A stretch of 64,000 bases of DNA, taken from positions 26,846,001 to 26,910,000 of the forward strand of contig CM060732.1 in assembly GCA_030704615.1 (NCBI GenBank), given 5' to 3'. The DNA is from Takakia lepidozioides (Eukaryota; Plantae; Bryophyta). The notes under the pieces are model-generated. The model ran no database searches. It was not told the DNA's origin and worked only from the letters and a program-made list of their open reading frames with translations. Shown piece after piece: positions 60,700 through 64,000 of this stretch; position 1 is the first letter of the stretch, and each line of letters opens with the position of its first letter. A program made the position numbers and the translations under genes.

Positions 60700-62285
60700 G
60701 GTGGATGAAATCATCCAAATCCTTGCATGTAATGAAATCATCCAATTGATGAATGAAAATAATCAAATTTAATGAAATCATCCATCAATGGATTTTCATA
60801 AGAGTCATGCAAATGACCTTATCTTGGTCAAAGGGAGTTGACTACACCAATCTAAACAATTTAGAGTCATCTGCATTACTGTTTAGAGTCACGTGCGTGA
60901 CCCATGATCACCACTCTATTCCAGTCAAACGACGTTCACCGGGATAGAGGCATATACACGACCCTTTTTAGTCATTTTCAGTCATACCCATGACATTTTT
61001 GAATGATGATGACATTGAGTCATGGTTTGAGTCATGAAAACCATGACTTTCCAAAAAAACAAATCAGAAAAACCATGATTTGGCGTAGTGGAGGCTTTGA
61101 AAACTGGTTTCTAGAAGCGCAACTTTTATGCCATAAACTTGGGATGAGACCAAACAAGGCCACAAACGAGGATTGGTGGAATGAGCCATGGACAATTGAG
61201 AGACAAATGGAAGCCGAGCTATTCAAAAGCATGAAAGAGGAGGGTGATGATGTTGACGACATAGACTCTATTTGTCTTCCTCTTGATGTAGACACATATA
61301 TTCAAAATGAGGTCGTGGATGATGAATTGGTGTGCGGTCCTTCGAATTCAATGGATGATGTTTTGAGCCAACCTTTGGATGATCATGCGGAAGAGGTACT
61401 TGTTCAAAGTGAATTGACATACTCTGGATGCTATCATTGACGAGTTTGAAGAAGAGAAAGATTGTTCAAAGGCAGTGGCTCCATTCGTTGAAGTAGATGG
61501 GAAGACCATCTTCAAGAGCACTTTGGTTAGCTAACTCAATGGAAACCCTACTCTGTCCAAGGATAGATTGACATGAGTAAGAAGTGCATCGATGTTGTTT
61601 TGCCGAGAAAACAAACCAACTACCAGCAACAAAGCCACGAGCTTGGGATTAGGTTCGGATTGTGCTGTATTTTTTGTTGAGGAGGAGACTTCGGTCCTAA
61701 CTACAAACAGAAAAAGCAGACTAGGGAAAACCTGCAGAGGAGCAACCAAAGGCACTTGGTATTTAGGCAGGGTTCAAAAAATGCGGAGGAAAATCAATAA
61801 GCTGTTTGTAGAGTGTAGAGATTCTTTGATTTATTGGAGCGTCCTTCTCATATGCAGATTGGGTTAGCATGGTACCAAATGGTTCGAGGAGGGGTTTATA
61901 CGTACGATTTGACGGATAACATGATGGTTGATTTGGATTCCATTATCGTATTAGTATGTTTAAAGTACATTGTCAAGTCAAACACATATGAACTTGATGT
62001 AAATGACCGGAAAGTCTTTGACAATTTTATCAAAGACATTTTTTTATATTAATTTATTAGTTTTTAATTCTGTTTTAAATGAATAAATTTGATATAATAT
62101 AAAAACATACATATACATACAGAAGGGGGTACTTTGTAAAAATTGGAATTTCTTGTATATTTACAGGAGGGGGTTTTATAATCTTCAAAAAGTATGTACA
62201 GAGGGGGTATAAAATATCCAAGGACCCGGGGGTTTTTTTTATTAGGCGGTGAACGCACATAATAAGCACAATTTATAAAGAGTGC
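60700..62285 (+). mobile_element. DNA-transposon-like remnant (ORF tail plus subterminal short repeats), superfamily unassigned
   Basis: Short repeats (aatgaaatcatcc; agtcat/atgac) at 60700-61080, a broken ORF ...EVDGKTIFKSTLVS*LNGNPTLSKDRL...GTWYLGRVQKMRRK, then an AT-rich tail. Confidence 0.4.
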
Positions 62286-62290
62286 ACCCC

Positions 62291-63180
62291 CTAGGCCTCC
62301 TTCCTAGGGGCTTTACCACTGGTAGCCAGCTCCTTCATTTTGATTTTGACTTCTTTAACCATCTGATCATTGTTGTCAAACTCCTTCCGTTGTGCCCAGG
62401 TCTGAACAGAGGTGGGAAGACCTTGCCAAAAGAACATTTTGACCATCCTAGCTCTCTCTTCAGGGTTCTTGAAATTCTCTGTGACCCCTACTTTAATATC
62501 CAGGTAATATTGCCACAAAGGCTCACCCTCTTTGTACTTTCAATAGTAGAACTTCCCAAATGTTTCCAAGGGCAGCTCTTGTCCAAAACCTGATTCCATG
62601 AAGGGTACTTCTCTTCCACAAGGTCAGCATTCAGTAGGGTGCGGGCTTGCCCTTTCATGGCCAATTGAAAGGCATGTATCTTGAAATCTTCAGGAACCCC
62701 ATTAAGCAGAGTAGTGCTTTCAAACAATTTGAGAAACTCAACAAAGTCTTCTCCTACTTTGTACTCTGGGTAAGATTGAGCCTGTACGTTGGGTATTGAC
62801 TTCCGAGGGATAGGCACAGAGACAACTGCAGGTTTCAGGGTAGCTTCCCTTACCTCCATGGCAGCAGCCTGTTTCATGAGTATTTTCAAGAGAGAAGGAC
62901 ACTTGGACAACACATCCATAGCTTCACTCAAACTACAAATGTTAGCATTGCATGCAGCTACTTCAGGGTCAGCATTAAGTGTTCCTAAGCCATCAGTATC
63001 CACTACTTCTTCTATCAATGATGGAATATCACTATCAGATTCGGGGTTTTCTTTAGACGGGGGTTTGATGACACTAAAATTCAGTCTGGTAGGGATTTCC
63101 TTGTTTGCATTCGGATTATGCAGGGGAGAAACTACCAGAGAGATTCCATAACTGGGGCCTTCTTCAGGTGCTGGTACATT
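62291..63180 (-). pseudogene. Retrotransposon gag remnant
   Basis: YPEYKVGEDFVEFLKLFE...KIHAFQLAMKGQAR...PSWNQV; FFWQGLP. Confidence 0.6.
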
Positions 63181-63534
63181 ACATCTGAATAGCTTGGGCC
63201 CGTCAATGCCCTACCTACTGCCTCCATGCATAGTGTGTATGTATAGACATAGAGGCAATCTCAGTCATCGAGCGCTACTAGAGGACCAGGCATATTTATT
63301 TCAAAGCTTCGTGTTGAATTCCATGTTCATGATTTTCTAAATATATCCTCTCAAACACTCAATCTGATCAGTATCCAGAGAGTAGAGAGGAACGCCGCTG
63401 GTGGGCAGTGGGAAGGCCCCCCTTTTAATGGTGCTGCTCCTCCATTCACCCCCCCTGATGGTGATGATCAAGATTCCACACAGCAAGGGGATGTGGCGTC
63501 GTAGGCTGCAAACAAAAAAGGCTGGCTACAAATG

Positions 63535-63900
63535 AACATTTTGCAAGGCCTTTGCCACTGACGATGCGTCACCACAGATATGTGTTGGTGATGGTGGAGC
63601 ACTTCTCCAAGTGGATTGAGTTGGTTCCATTGCCTGACAAGGCTAGTGAGGGGGCTACGTATGCAATCCTGGATTGTGTGCTTAGCCGATTCGGTGCTCC
63701 AGCTGAGGTACTCACAGACCAAGGGAGAGAGTTCTTGGGGGAGTTAAGCCTTGATAGACCACCGTACCATTTCTCAGGATCATCCTGAGGCCGATGGCTT
63801 GGCAGAGAGAGTGGTACAGACGGTGAAGAGGGGTTTGCGCAAGTTTGGCTTGCAAAATGGACACCTAGGAGATTGGGAGCTTTAGGTACCTTGGTTAGAG
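63535..63900 (+). pseudogene. Ty3/Gypsy integrase core fragment
   Basis: YVLVMVEHFSKWIELVPL...RFGAPAEVLTDQGREF...HPEADGLAERVVQTVK. Confidence 0.88.
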
Positions 63901-64000
63901 ATCAACAAACTCCCTGATATTATCTCCCTCCTTAGCTTCCCTCTCATCACTTCCCCACTCCAGAAGCGAGGTACACACAGACATTGGTCGCAGGTAGCTT

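Overview
Eukaryotic, repeat-dense land-plant DNA. PLS-class PPR debris, an S-domain receptor kinase and the repeat types suggest a seed-free plant such as a bryophyte; this is inference. One intact host gene is present: a 7-exon G-type lectin S-receptor-like kinase (44836-50135, minus, ~869 aa) whose catalytic loop is degenerate, i.e. a pseudokinase. The rest is nested, decayed TEs: several Ty3/Gypsy pieces (one near-complete, with extra ORFs before gag and after pol), a chromovirus pol, a Copia 3' end, LINEs, SINEs, a Helitron, pogo- and hAT-like MITEs, and amplified PPR pseudogene arrays next to OSB-type PDF motifs. There are two main discoveries. (1) A ~32.2-kb inversion (5319-37492) is supported by three independent sequence signatures. 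(2) Undoing it reassembles a large Mutator-like transposon. It has a GCM-like/MULE transposase and, divergently, an 8-exon cargo gene. The cargo protein has an N-terminal ParB/Srx-like domain (VWDGNHR) and a C-terminal region resembling N6-adenine/N4-cytosine DNA methyltransferases (VDMVIVDIPDG), an architecture known from phages and prokaryotes. Its introns carry a family of long hairpins. All domain calls are by eye and need HMM or structure confirmation.
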